From: Spirochaetia bacterium
GTDB lineage: Bacteria > Spirochaetota > Spirochaetia > UBA9216
Length of the DNA: 64,000 nt
Direction: 5' to 3'
NCBI GenBank assembly: GCA_963677925.2
Contig: CAXXYH010000003.1
Span: forward strand, 1,056,001 to 1,120,000
The position numbers were made by a program, and so were the translations under genes. Positions 28,729-37,428 of this stretch are shown here, in pieces; the stretch's first letter is position 1, and each line of letters opens with the position of its first letter. The notes under the pieces are model-generated. The model ran no database searches. It was not told where the DNA came from and saw nothing but the letters and a program-made list of their open reading frames with translations.

Positions 28729-28997
28729 GATTCCGCCCTGTCTATTCTGTCAATAATTCCAAGTACAGCCGCATCAGAAGGGTTAAACCAGTTATCCAGT
28801 GCAAGAGCAGCTTCGCGTCCGCCCTCATAGATAACAGTATCACCGGGCCCAGCCTGAACTGTATCACAGGCAACAACGGGGCTTCCGCTTTCTTTCATTT
28901 GATCATCAAGCGGCTGAACAAGCAGAAATTTTATCCCTTCAAGCGATTCATCCTTTCTGGTGCATATCACCGTACCGGTGACTCTTCCTATTTTCAT
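28725..28997 (-). CDS. BMC vertex pentamer (BMC-P)
   Basis: MKIGRVTGTVICTRK...VACDTVQAGPGD...DAAVLGIID. Confidence 0.93.
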   Translation of the reverse strand: MKIGRVTGTVICTRKDESLEGIKFLLVQPLDDQMKESGSPVVACDTVQAGPGDTVIYEGGREAALALDNWFNPSDAAVLGIIDRIDRAES

Positions 28998-29009
28998 GTC
29001 CCGGCTCCC

Positions 29010-30431
29010 TTATACTATTCTGAAATAATCAATAAGCGCACATCGTCTTTCCCGGGTAAATGTTCTGGCCCTTGTAAAGCCTTCCCCGGTTGGACTTGCA
29101 ATGGTAAAGGAGGTGTATCCTGCACCGCCGGTTCCCATTCCGTTGAAATTGGAACCGTTTTTCACAAACAGTGAGCAGTTGATTACCCTTGCCATCTTTG
29201 AAAGTTTTGCAATATTCATTGAGTGCATTGATGCCGAATGCCGGAAACCGTGTTCAACCTCAACAGCAAATGATATTGCTTCATCAACATCATCAACCCG
29301 CACAAGAGGCATTACCGGCATAAGCTGTTCGGTCCATACCAGAGGATGGGATCTATCAACTTCACAGAGAAGCAGCTTTGTCTCAGGCGGAACAGTGATT
29401 CCGGCAGCTGCAGCGATGACCGAAGCGTTCCTGCCTACAAACTTCTTGTTTGCAGCGCCCTCATCACCCTTTCGCCCCGGCTTATCTATAACATTGGCAG
29501 TTACGGCTTTGATCTGGTCGCTGTTTAATTCATAGGCGCCGTTTTTAACCATCTCAGCCTTAAGCCTGTCGGCTATAGACCGAACGGCAATAACTTCCTT
29601 CTCGCATATGCAGACTATGTTGTTATCAAAGCTCGCACCGGCAACGATATCCTTTCCCGCCTTTACAAGATCCGCGGTCTCATCGACTATACATGGAGGG
29701 TTGCCCGGACCTGCAGCAATAACCTTCTTGGTTGACTGCATTGCCTGCTTTACAACACCGGGACCGCCGGTAACTGTGAGAAGGTTTATATAGGGATGGG
29801 TCATCAGAACCTGAGCGCTTTCTATAGTAGGATTTGCAACAGTAACTATGATATTATCCGGTCCGCCGGCCTTTTTTACGGCTTCATTGAGAAGCCCCAC
29901 CGCAAAGACTGAGACATTCCTGGCACCCGGATGGGCGTTGAATACAACAGTGTTTCCGGCGGACAGCATGCTTATTGAGTTGTTGATTATGGTTTCGGTC
30001 GGATTTGTGCTTGGTGCAATTGCCCCTATAACTCCGTAGGGAGCCCTTTCAGTCAGGGTGAGGCCGTGATCATCGGTAAAGGTATGCGGCTGCACATCCT
30101 CCACTCCGGGAGTCATTGTCGCTGCAAGGATATTTTTCTTTATCTTATCCTCATAGCGGCCCATTCCGGTTTCTTCAACAGCCATCCGGGCGAATTCTTG
30201 TGCATTGGCAGATGCGGTATCACGAATTGATTGAATCACTGCCCGCCGTATTTCAAGAGATGTCTCCTGAAATACCTGAAATGCCTTATGAGATTCATAA
30301 ATTGCTGTGTTTATATCATCGAAGACACCGGGAACCGGTTTCATTGAATAGGAAACCGTCTTCTCTTTTCCTGAATATCCGCTGACTATTGATGTCACCA
30401 TTTCACGAATGGCTGATTCATTAATTTCCAC
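29010..30431 (-). CDS. CoA-acylating aldehyde dehydrogenase (EutE/PduP family) with N-terminal encapsulation peptide
   Basis: EETGMGRYEDK, PSTNPTET, TGGPGVV, AGPGNPP, SFDNNIVCICEKE and TIASPTGEG; leader MEINESAIREMVTSIV. Confidence 0.95.
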   Translation of the reverse strand: MEINESAIREMVTSIVSGYSGKEKTVSYSMKPVPGVFDDINTAIYESHKAFQVFQETSLEIRRAVIQSIRDTASANAQEFARMAVEETGMGRYEDKIKKNILAATMTPGVEDVQPHTFTDDHGLTLTERAPYGVIGAIAPSTNPTETIINNSISMLSAGNTVVFNAHPGARNVSVFAVGLLNEAVKKAGGPDNIIVTVANPTIESAQVLMTHPYINLLTVTGGPGVVKQAMQSTKKVIAAGPGNPPCIVDETADLVKAGKDIVAGASFDNNIVCICEKEVIAVRSIADRLKAEMVKNGAYELNSDQIKAVTANVIDKPGRKGDEGAANKKFVGRNASVIAAAAGITVPPETKLLLCEVDRSHPLVWTEQLMPVMPLVRVDDVDEAISFAVEVEHGFRHSASMHSMNIAKLSKMARVINCSLFVKNGSNFNGMGTGGAGYTSFTIASPTGEGFTRARTFTRERRCALIDYFRIV

Positions 30432-30978
30432 TTACATACCCCTTGATATCACTGTGCGGCACCGGTATTACTACGCTTCGGAAAAGTCTTTCCTTGCCTC
30501 GAAGAACAGCGCATGCGGTTTCAACCGCGTATTCCATATCACCGACAGGACCATTGAGTTTCAACAGACTTTTTCCGCCGGTTTCATTCCCGGCATTTAT
30601 TTCGACAACCTCGACTCCGGCGGCTTTCACCGCGGTATCAGCTGCTTCTATAGCCGATACAATTGAAGTTGTTTCAATCAGGCCCAGAGCATCCCAGTCT
30701 TCAGGCTCCCTCACCTGCTGTACGCAGCCGAGAACAGAATCATCAAGATTTCTAAGGACTGCCCGGTCATATATGGTATCTTCACCCGCTCCATATGCTT
30801 CATTCATAGCAGACTCTACCGAGGCAACATCACCGCATATAATTATCAGAAACTTTCCCGGATTTATAGTTTCAGCACGAAGAATCTCAACCGGGGCCTG
30901 TTTAACCATTGCATCAAGGGCAAAATATCCGTCGGCTATACTCTGGTACTCAAGCAGTCCTACTATTTCTATACTCAT
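30421..30978 (-). CDS. BMC tandem-domain shell protein (BMC-T, PduT-like)
   Basis: Two BMC domains: GLLEYQSIADG..ALDAMVK...GDVASV and ALGLIET....AIEAAD.AVKAA...VIPVPH. Confidence 0.9.
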   Translation of the reverse strand: MSIEIVGLLEYQSIADGYFALDAMVKQAPVEILRAETINPGKFLIIICGDVASVESAMNEAYGAGEDTIYDRAVLRNLDDSVLGCVQQVREPEDWDALGLIETTSIVSAIEAADTAVKAAGVEVVEINAGNETGGKSLLKLNGPVGDMEYAVETACAVLRGKERLFRSVVIPVPHSDIKGYVSGN

Positions 30979-31262
30979 TTGCGGAACACAACCTTATCTT
31001 TTTCTTCCACCTGATCAACAATCCCGATAATTATCGCATCTACAGGTTTATCCTTGCTGATTTTAGTCTGCCTGGTTGAGCTGCCCTGAGATAGAAGTAC
31101 AAGCTCACCGGCCGAGGCTCCCAGAGGATCCAGGGCGACAATACCGCCGCTTCCTTCTTTTCCGGAAGTATCACAGGGAATCACCAGCAGGTACCGGGCT
31201 TCATCTATTCCATCGGAACGTATAGCGGACACCACTGTTCCGGCCACCTTTGCAAGCATCAT
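30975..31262 (-). CDS. BMC vertex pentamer (BMC-P)
   Basis: LAKVAGTVVS...VALDPLGASAGELVL..QGSSTR...PVDAIIIGIVD. Confidence 0.93.
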   Translation of the reverse strand: MMLAKVAGTVVSAIRSDGIDEARYLLVIPCDTSGKEGSGGIVALDPLGASAGELVLLSQGSSTRQTKISKDKPVDAIIIGIVDQVEEKDKVVFRK

Positions 31263-31564
31263 CCGGCTGCCCCGCCTTTTTTATAGACTATTTTTCCCGA
31301 CATATCATAACTGTCCACTATACCGATGATAGTAGCGTCACTCGGTTTTCCTGCAGTTATATCTGTCTGCCGGCTGCTGCTGCCTCCGACAAAGAAAACG
31401 ATCTCGCCTTCACCGGCGCCGACAGCGTCCATAGCCACCACATAATCTTTTTTGCCTTCAAGAGTCTTTACATCTATCTTTTCAAGAAGGAGCAGTTTTA
31501 TCCCTTCAAGACGGGCTTCCTTTGCAGTCGAAACTACTGAGCCCACTACTCTTGCAAGTACCAT
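31259..31564 (-). CDS. BMC vertex pentamer (BMC-P)
   Basis: LARVVGSVVSTAK...VAMDAVGAGEGE..GSSSR...DATIIGIVD. Confidence 0.93.
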   Translation of the reverse strand: MVLARVVGSVVSTAKEARLEGIKLLLLEKIDVKTLEGKKDYVVAMDAVGAGEGEIVFFVGGSSSRQTDITAGKPSDATIIGIVDSYDMSGKIVYKKGGAAG

Positions 31565-31566
31565 AA

Positions 31567-31869
31567 TTATTTTTTCCCTTTAGTGTTTCTTCCAAGCGGC
31601 AGAACTTCATCGACACTGGCATGAGGTCTGGGGATAATATGCACGCTGATTACCTCACCGACCCTTTCGGCTGCCCTGCTGCCCGCGTCAAGAGCGGCTC
31701 TTACTGCAGCAACTTCACCGCGGCAGATTGATGTAATAAAACCGCCGCCGATTCTCTTGCATCCTATGAAATCAATATTGGCCGCCTTGGCCATTGCATC
31801 AGAGGCCTCTACCATCGCGGCAAATCCTCTTGTTTCTATCATGCCAAGCGCATTGTTTGTTGTAGACAT
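31567..31869 (-). CDS. BMC hexamer shell protein (BMC-H)
   Basis: ALGMIETRG..AMVEASDAMAKAA...RGEVAAVRAA...HIIPRPH. Confidence 0.96.
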   Translation of the reverse strand: MSTTNNALGMIETRGFAAMVEASDAMAKAANIDFIGCKRIGGGFITSICRGEVAAVRAALDAGSRAAERVGEVISVHIIPRPHASVDEVLPLGRNTKGKK

Positions 31870-31882
31870 TTATAAACTCTCC

Positions 31883-32506
31883 TTATAGTGCTTTTCCGCT
31901 GATATCAGCGAGCTTAGACTCTACGGTATCTTTACTTACAAGTACTTCCGATTCTTCACCGGCTATATAGATTCTTCCAAACTTTCCTATGCCCGATACA
32001 TTGATTATGTTGATGTTTGAAGCTTTTTCAGCCTCATTGGCAGCATAGTAGGCGTACCCGGCCGGCTCAATCTCAAGGATGAATACTGTATCTCCGCGGA
32101 GCACCATATTGCCGAACCTGACTTTGTTGATCAGCTGTGCATGGTGATCGCTTATGTTCTTAATCAGCTGGCTTGTGAGAATCTTCGGCTTAAGCCGATC
32201 TTCCTCTTTAAGATTAAGAGCTTCAAGAATTGCAGCGCCTGCCTGTCTTGCATCGCCCTGGCTGTCAGAATGAACCTCGAGTAGACCGAAAGACCTTTCT
32301 ACCACCTGAATACCCGGAGTTACACCGGTAGCCTTTAATGCGATGTCGGTAAGCCTGTTGATCTCTATACCGGGTGCAATCTCTACAATTGCACAGGCCT
32401 GTCCGCCCACCGGAAAATAACCTCTTGATACAGTACACATGTAAGAGGCCATCTGCAGCTGCAGTGAATCTATAAAGTTAAATGTCCTCAGTTCTATATT
32501 CTGCAT
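31883..32506 (-). CDS. BMC permuted tandem-domain shell protein (BMC-Tdp, CcmP-like)
   Basis: ELRTFNFIDSLQ, EIAPGIEIN, QVVERSFGLLEVH and AANEAEKA, as in gated double-stacking trimers. Confidence 0.9.
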   Translation of the reverse strand: MQNIELRTFNFIDSLQLQMASYMCTVSRGYFPVGGQACAIVEIAPGIEINRLTDIALKATGVTPGIQVVERSFGLLEVHSDSQGDARQAGAAILEALNLKEEDRLKPKILTSQLIKNISDHHAQLINKVRFGNMVLRGDTVFILEIEPAGYAYYAANEAEKASNINIINVSGIGKFGRIYIAGEESEVLVSKDTVESKLADISGKAL

Positions 32507-32805
32507 TACTTGGCTCCTGATTCACTCAGGGGGAGTTTGCTGTCTACGGATGCATCAGGTCTTGGAATAATATGTACGGATACAACTTCTCCAACCCTTT
32601 CAGCAGCCTTGCTGCCTGCATCAAGCGCTGCTCTTACAGCCGCAACATCTCCTCTGATTATTGCTGTAACATAACCGCCGCCGGTTTCCTCGTGGCCCTT
32701 AAGCTCTACTTTAGCAGCCTTTACCATAGCATCCGCAGCTTCTACCATTGCGGCGAAGCCCCTGGTTTCTATCATGCCCAGAGCGTTTTCTTTGTTATCA
32801 GTCAT
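32506..32805 (-). CDS. BMC hexamer shell protein (BMC-H)
   Basis: ALGMIETRGFAAMVEAADAMVKAAKV...TGGGYVT..RGDVAAV...HIIPRP. Confidence 0.96.
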   Translation of the reverse strand: MTDNKENALGMIETRGFAAMVEAADAMVKAAKVELKGHEETGGGYVTAIIRGDVAAVRAALDAGSKAAERVGEVVSVHIIPRPDASVDSKLPLSESGAK

Positions 32806-32851
32806 CTTTCCTCCAGAAAATAAATTTCTTTTTATTTATGCATTCACGGAA

Positions 32852-33607
32852 TTAATCCATGTAATAGCCGCCGTTGATATTAACTGTCTCTCCGTTTATA
32901 AAGGATGATTCGTCTGAAGACAGGAACATCATCAGATTAGACATATCCTTAATTGTACCGAGTCTCTTAACCGGAATTTTATCAGCCATAGACTGCTTTT
33001 TCTCATCATCCCAGTATTCCATCATTTTAGTCATTACAGCGTGGGGAGCGATTGCATTGCAGGTTACACCAAAGGGTCCAAGCTGTCTGGCAACAGACCG
33101 GGTAATGGTAATTACAGCGCCCTTGGATGCTCCATAAACGAAAGTAGTGCTGTTGTCACCGTTTTTGCCGGTGATTGAAGCCACATTTACAATTTTGCCA
33201 TATTTCTGTTTTTTCATGATCGGTGTTACAGCACGTATGGCATAAAGTACACCTTTAATATTAATGTCTATAGTCGCGTCGATCAAATCATTTGATGTAT
33301 CTTCAATTGTTGCAGATTTCAGCAGACCGGCATTGTTCACGAGTATATCCATACTTCCGAACTTAGCCACTGCATCATTTATACATGCCTTAACCGCTTC
33401 ATCATCAGAAACATCGCACACGGCTGACATATATTTTACACCCTTTTTCTCAAGTACGCCCCTAGTTTCTTCAAGAGCTTTTTCATCTATATCTGTAATT
33501 ACAACAATAGCTCCTTCATCAGCCATATCAAATGCAAGCTGCTGCCCCATACCCTGTCCGGCACCGGTTATAAATGCAACTCTGCCGGTAAATCTGTCTT
33601 CTCTCAT
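32852..33607 (-). CDS. SDR-family oxidoreductase, first gene of the BMC operon
   Basis: TGAGQGMG, NNAG and YGASK; Asp after beta-2 (ITDID) suggests NAD(H). GGAGG RBS before ATG 33607; only 46 bp separate it from BMC-H. Confidence 0.92.
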   Translation of the reverse strand: MREDRFTGRVAFITGAGQGMGQQLAFDMADEGAIVVITDIDEKALEETRGVLEKKGVKYMSAVCDVSDDEAVKACINDAVAKFGSMDILVNNAGLLKSATIEDTSNDLIDATIDINIKGVLYAIRAVTPIMKKQKYGKIVNVASITGKNGDNSTTFVYGASKGAVITITRSVARQLGPFGVTCNAIAPHAVMTKMMEYWDDEKKQSMADKIPVKRLGTIKDMSNLMMFLSSDESSFINGETVNINGGYYMD

Positions 33608-33668
33608 ATTTCCTCCGCTAAGAATGTATAAAAAGATAATTTCAAATATTTTATTTAACAGTAGCAAC

Positions 33669-33698
33669 ATTCTAATGTTATTTTTGCAACATTGTCAA
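33669..33698 (-). promoter_or_regulatory. sigma70 promoter of the SDR-BMC operon, overlapped by a putative DeoR operator
   Basis: Minus strand TTGACA-18 bp-TAGAAT; the operator ATGTTGCAAAAATAACATT (33692-33674) fills the spacer. Confidence 0.72.
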
Positions 33699-33902
33699 TC
33701 AATTTTTATAACATTTGTTGTGCATAATTTATATATACTACATTTTGCTATCTATTTACATCTTTTTATGATAGCTTAAAATAAAGAGACAGGATAATAA
33801 TGAACTCATCATAACATTTATAACAATAGTAACATTTTTATATTGACAGAACGCAGCTTAGATGTATTAAATATATCATAAGAATTTACCAAGCAAGGAA
33901 TT

Positions 33903-34697
33903 ATGGATAAAAAAGAACAGAGGCTAAATTATATCATTGAGCACCTGAAAAAAAATAATGCGGCCAGCATCAGAGAACTATCCGAATTATGCAATGTTAC
34001 AATGATGACAATTCGCCGCGATCTGGAAATTCTGAAAGAACGGAACATAATCAAGTTTTTTCATGGCGGAGCCGTTTATAACCCGGATTACAAAGAAAAC
34101 CCAGAGCAGCATATAGACTATCTAATACAAAAACAGAAGATGCTGCACAAAGAGGAAAAGCTTGCTATCGCGAAATCAGCCGCAGCTCTTATTTCCGAAA
34201 ATGAAACAATCATGCTGGACAGCGGCACCACAATCTTTTATTTGAGTAAAGAGATTCCAAATGAATTCAGCTTAACCACAATCTGCTGGTCTTTAAATAT
34301 AATTGAAGTTCTTACTAAAAAACAAAAATGCAACATGATTGCAAGCGGAGGTATTTACCACCACGAGACCCAGATGTTTGAAAGTCTCCAGGGTCTTGAT
34401 TTGGTAAAAAATACACGAGCCTCAAAAGCCTTTATTTCCGCCGGCGGCGTACACAAAGATCTTGGTGTAACATGCCCCTTCCCCTATGAAGCAGAAACAA
34501 AAAGAGCGGCAATAAAATCGAGTATGACAAACATTCTTCTTGTTGACTCATCAAAGTTCAATAAGGTCTGTACAGGACATTTAGGTGATATAACTGATTT
34601 CGACATCGTCATCACAGATCATAATATATCGGATGAATACAGAGAGTTCCTCTTAGAAAAAGGAGTCTCTCTGATTATTGCCGAAGATCCTAAATAG
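33903..34697 (+). CDS. DeoR/GlpR-family transcriptional regulator
   Basis: ELCNVTMMTIRRDLEIL wHTH, EKLAIAKSAA, LDSGTT and LLVDSSKF. Confidence 0.95.
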   Translation: MDKKEQRLNYIIEHLKKNNAASIRELSELCNVTMMTIRRDLEILKERNIIKFFHGGAVYNPDYKENPEQHIDYLIQKQKMLHKEEKLAIAKSAAALISENETIMLDSGTTIFYLSKEIPNEFSLTTICWSLNIIEVLTKKQKCNMIASGGIYHHETQMFESLQGLDLVKNTRASKAFISAGGVHKDLGVTCPFPYEAETKRAAIKSSMTNILLVDSSKFNKVCTGHLGDITDFDIVITDHNISDEYREFLLEKGVSLIIAEDPK

Positions 34698-36360
34698 AAC
34701 GAATCGAATTCCGTATATCAATTAATTCCTTCATAACACCGGACAAATCCTGCTGCTGGCCGCTGATTCCGAATGAGTCATGAAGCATCAGATACAGCCT
34801 GTATAACTTATTATAAACTTCAACATTCCGCTCAATCGGTTTATATACCATCGCTGAGACATCTGTCATCTTTTCAATAGCACTTACAAAATCCGGATAT
34901 GCACCTGCAACCACGGCCGCAGCAATTGCCCCGCCTAATGCACAGGTCTCTTCATTTTTCGAGATATAAATATCGGAATTAAAAACATCTGAATAGATCT
35001 GCATCAATAACGGGGATTTTCTGGGGACACCTCCGCATACAATAATTTTACTTACAGCAACACCGTTTTCAACCATGCGTTCCTGAATAACTCTTGCACC
35101 GAATGCAGTAGCCTCTATAAGTGCCCGGTAAATTTCAGCTGCAGTAGAATGAAGAGTCAAACCCAGAATCAGGCCAGTCAGGCGTTGATCAATAAGCACC
35201 GTTCTGTTTCCGTTATGCCAGTCAAGAGAAAGCAGACCGCTCTCGCCCGGTTTAAGCTGCTCCGCCTCAAGCATTAGCTCACTCTGTTTCCTGCCAGAAG
35301 GTGCTATGTATTTTTCAAACCAGTTAAAGATGTCTCCCACACCGGACTGACCGGCTTCAATTCCGAAAAATCCGGGAATTATCGAGTCTTTGACAATACC
35401 GGCCATACCTTTTATATTTTCACTTCCGGAAGTAACTGTTAAATCACAGGTCGAAGTGCCTATAGTTTTCACAAGTGTACCTGGCTTTACACCGCCGCCG
35501 ATACCTCCGAAGTGAGCATCAAAGGCCGGCATTGAGAGAGGAATTCCGGAAGGCAGTCCCGTCTTTGAAGCCCATTCACTGCTCAGCAAACCGGCGCTCT
35601 GACCGGAATCCTTAACCTCGGATCCATTCAGCGTTTCAAGCAGACGCAGAAGCTCAGGGTTAAGACTTTCAATAAATTTCTTATCCGGATACCCGCCCCA
35701 GGCCGTGTTGTACAGGGCTTTATGCCCGGCCGCACATATTCCCCTGGGAATAGAGGACATATCAGTAAGGCCGCAAAGCTTTGCAACAAGCCAGTCTGAA
35801 ACCTCCACCCAGGTAAAAGCTGCATCATATACCCGCTTATCTGTATTCAGACAGTGAAGTACTTTTGACCAGAACCATTCTGATGAATAACGGCCGCCTA
35901 CCATTTCCAGATATTCCGGATATAGTTCCTGACCGGTTTGAGTTATATACTCAGCCTCCTCCAGCGCACTATGATCCTTCCACAGCCAGATATGTGCAGA
36001 AAGATTGTTCCGGAATTCATCAAGATCTACAAGGGGAGTTCCGTCCTTAAGTACAGGCAGCAGGGTCGTACCGGTGGTATCAACACCCATAGCTATAACA
36101 TTCTGCGAAATTCCCGGACTTACCTCTGAGGCTTTAATTAGGGCAGTCCTGACTGTTTCCTCAATACCCCGGATATAATCAACAGGATGCTGCCTTGCAA
36201 CAAGCGGATCCCGCGTATCAGAAATACAGCCCTCACATCCTTCTATCCCCTCTTTATACTGATATACTGCAGAACTTATCTCATTGCCGTCGCTTACACG
36301 TACCACAACCGAACGAACAGAAGCAGTACCGAAATCAACACCGATCGTATATTTTTCCAC
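34690..36360 (-). CDS. araB: Ribulokinase-like FGGY kinase
   Basis: IGVDFGT, GVDTTG, LWKDH, GGRYSSEWFWSK, CAAGHKA, GTSTCD, EAGQS and LDWHNGNRT. True substrate uncertain because araA and araD are absent. Confidence 0.85.
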   Translation of the reverse strand: MEKYTIGVDFGTASVRSVVVRVSDGNEISSAVYQYKEGIEGCEGCISDTRDPLVARQHPVDYIRGIEETVRTALIKASEVSPGISQNVIAMGVDTTGTTLLPVLKDGTPLVDLDEFRNNLSAHIWLWKDHSALEEAEYITQTGQELYPEYLEMVGGRYSSEWFWSKVLHCLNTDKRVYDAAFTWVEVSDWLVAKLCGLTDMSSIPRGICAAGHKALYNTAWGGYPDKKFIESLNPELLRLLETLNGSEVKDSGQSAGLLSSEWASKTGLPSGIPLSMPAFDAHFGGIGGGVKPGTLVKTIGTSTCDLTVTSGSENIKGMAGIVKDSIIPGFFGIEAGQSGVGDIFNWFEKYIAPSGRKQSELMLEAEQLKPGESGLLSLDWHNGNRTVLIDQRLTGLILGLTLHSTAAEIYRALIEATAFGARVIQERMVENGVAVSKIIVCGGVPRKSPLLMQIYSDVFNSDIYISKNEETCALGGAIAAAVVAGAYPDFVSAIEKMTDVSAMVYKPIERNVEVYNKLYRLYLMLHDSFGISGQQQDLSGVMKELIDIRNSIRSI

Positions 36361-36372
36361 ATGACGCCCCTT

Positions 36373-37428
36373 CTATAAAACCTGCGGATTACCAACCATC
36401 CTCGGCCTTCCCCCGCCTAGATAGGTGAGCAGTTCACCTCTCATTATATTCGGAGCATTCCAGTAGGAAGCCCTTGTGTCACCCGCTCTGTGATTTGAGA
36501 GAGTAAGATTATCAAGCTTCACAAGCGGACTGTCTGCAGGAAGTGGTTCCTGTTCAAAGACATCCATTGCCGCCCCCTGAATTTGTTTTGATTCAAGCGC
36601 GGATATCAAAGCCTGGGTATTCACAAGTCCCGCCCGTGCAGAATTAATAAGATATGCTGATGATTTCATCATTTCGAACTGCGGAGCATCGATCAGTTTT
36701 GAAGTCTCAGGAGTCAGTCTAACATGCAGAGAAATAATATCTGCTTCTTTCAGGAGTTCTTCGAATTTGACAGGAATGCAGCCCCTGGCTTTAACAGCAT
36801 CATCGGGAACGAAGGGATCACTTACCATTATTCTGCAGTCGAATGATTTAAGTTTATCCGCAAGCAGCTGTCCATTCTGTCCAAATCCCACAAGCCCTAC
36901 CGTCAATTCATTCAACTCGGGGATATATGCCGAATTCGGATAAAATTCCCTCCATTCACCGGTCTTAAGCGCATAATGAGACCTGGCAATATTTCGGGTC
37001 TCTGAAAGTATAAGCCCTACTGTATATTCTGCCACTGCCATTGCGTTATGATTAGGCGTATGAATAACAGGAATACCCCGCTTTGTAGCTTCCTCCATGT
37101 CAATATTTTCAAGGCCTCCTCTGGCGGAAAGAATGACCTTCAGATTTTCAGCACTGTCGAGAATTTCTTTATTAATAGGACATATATTTACAGCAACAAA
37201 TTCAACATCCTTAATCAGTTCCGGCAGTTCATCAGGAAACGGAACTCCGGAGGGACCATGCTCCTCAAGCAGTCTGTATACATTTCTAATCTCTGCACGA
37301 TCATTACAGGGAAAATCAAGCATTTTAAAACTCTGGACATCTTTTTCAATATTATCGCCGATAAATACCTTTTTCAGTATTTCCGTAGGCAGGAGATAAT
37401 CTCCAACAACCAATCCTTTCATAATCAA
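36373..37428 (-). CDS. D-isomer-specific 2-hydroxyacid dehydrogenase (PGDH-like)
   Basis: NAMAVAEY, VGLVGFGQNG, ISLHVRL, INSARAGLV, MDVFEQEP and NHRAG. Confidence 0.9.
   Translation of the reverse strand: MIMKGLVVGDYLLPTEILKKVFIGDNIEKDVQSFKMLDFPCNDRAEIRNVYRLLEEHGPSGVPFPDELPELIKDVEFVAVNICPINKEILDSAENLKVILSARGGLENIDMEEATKRGIPVIHTPNHNAMAVAEYTVGLILSETRNIARSHYALKTGEWREFYPNSAYIPELNELTVGLVGFGQNGQLLADKLKSFDCRIMVSDPFVPDDAVKARGCIPVKFEELLKEADIISLHVRLTPETSKLIDAPQFEMMKSSAYLINSARAGLVNTQALISALESKQIQGAAMDVFEQEPLPADSPLVKLDNLTLSNHRAGDTRASYWNAPNIMRGELLTYLGGGRPRMVGNPQVL

Noticed and set aside
27152-32805. Pdu, Eut or glycyl-radical microcompartment
   Set aside because: No diol dehydratase, ethanolamine ammonia-lyase or glycyl-radical enzyme; the signature enzymes are DeoC and RpiB.
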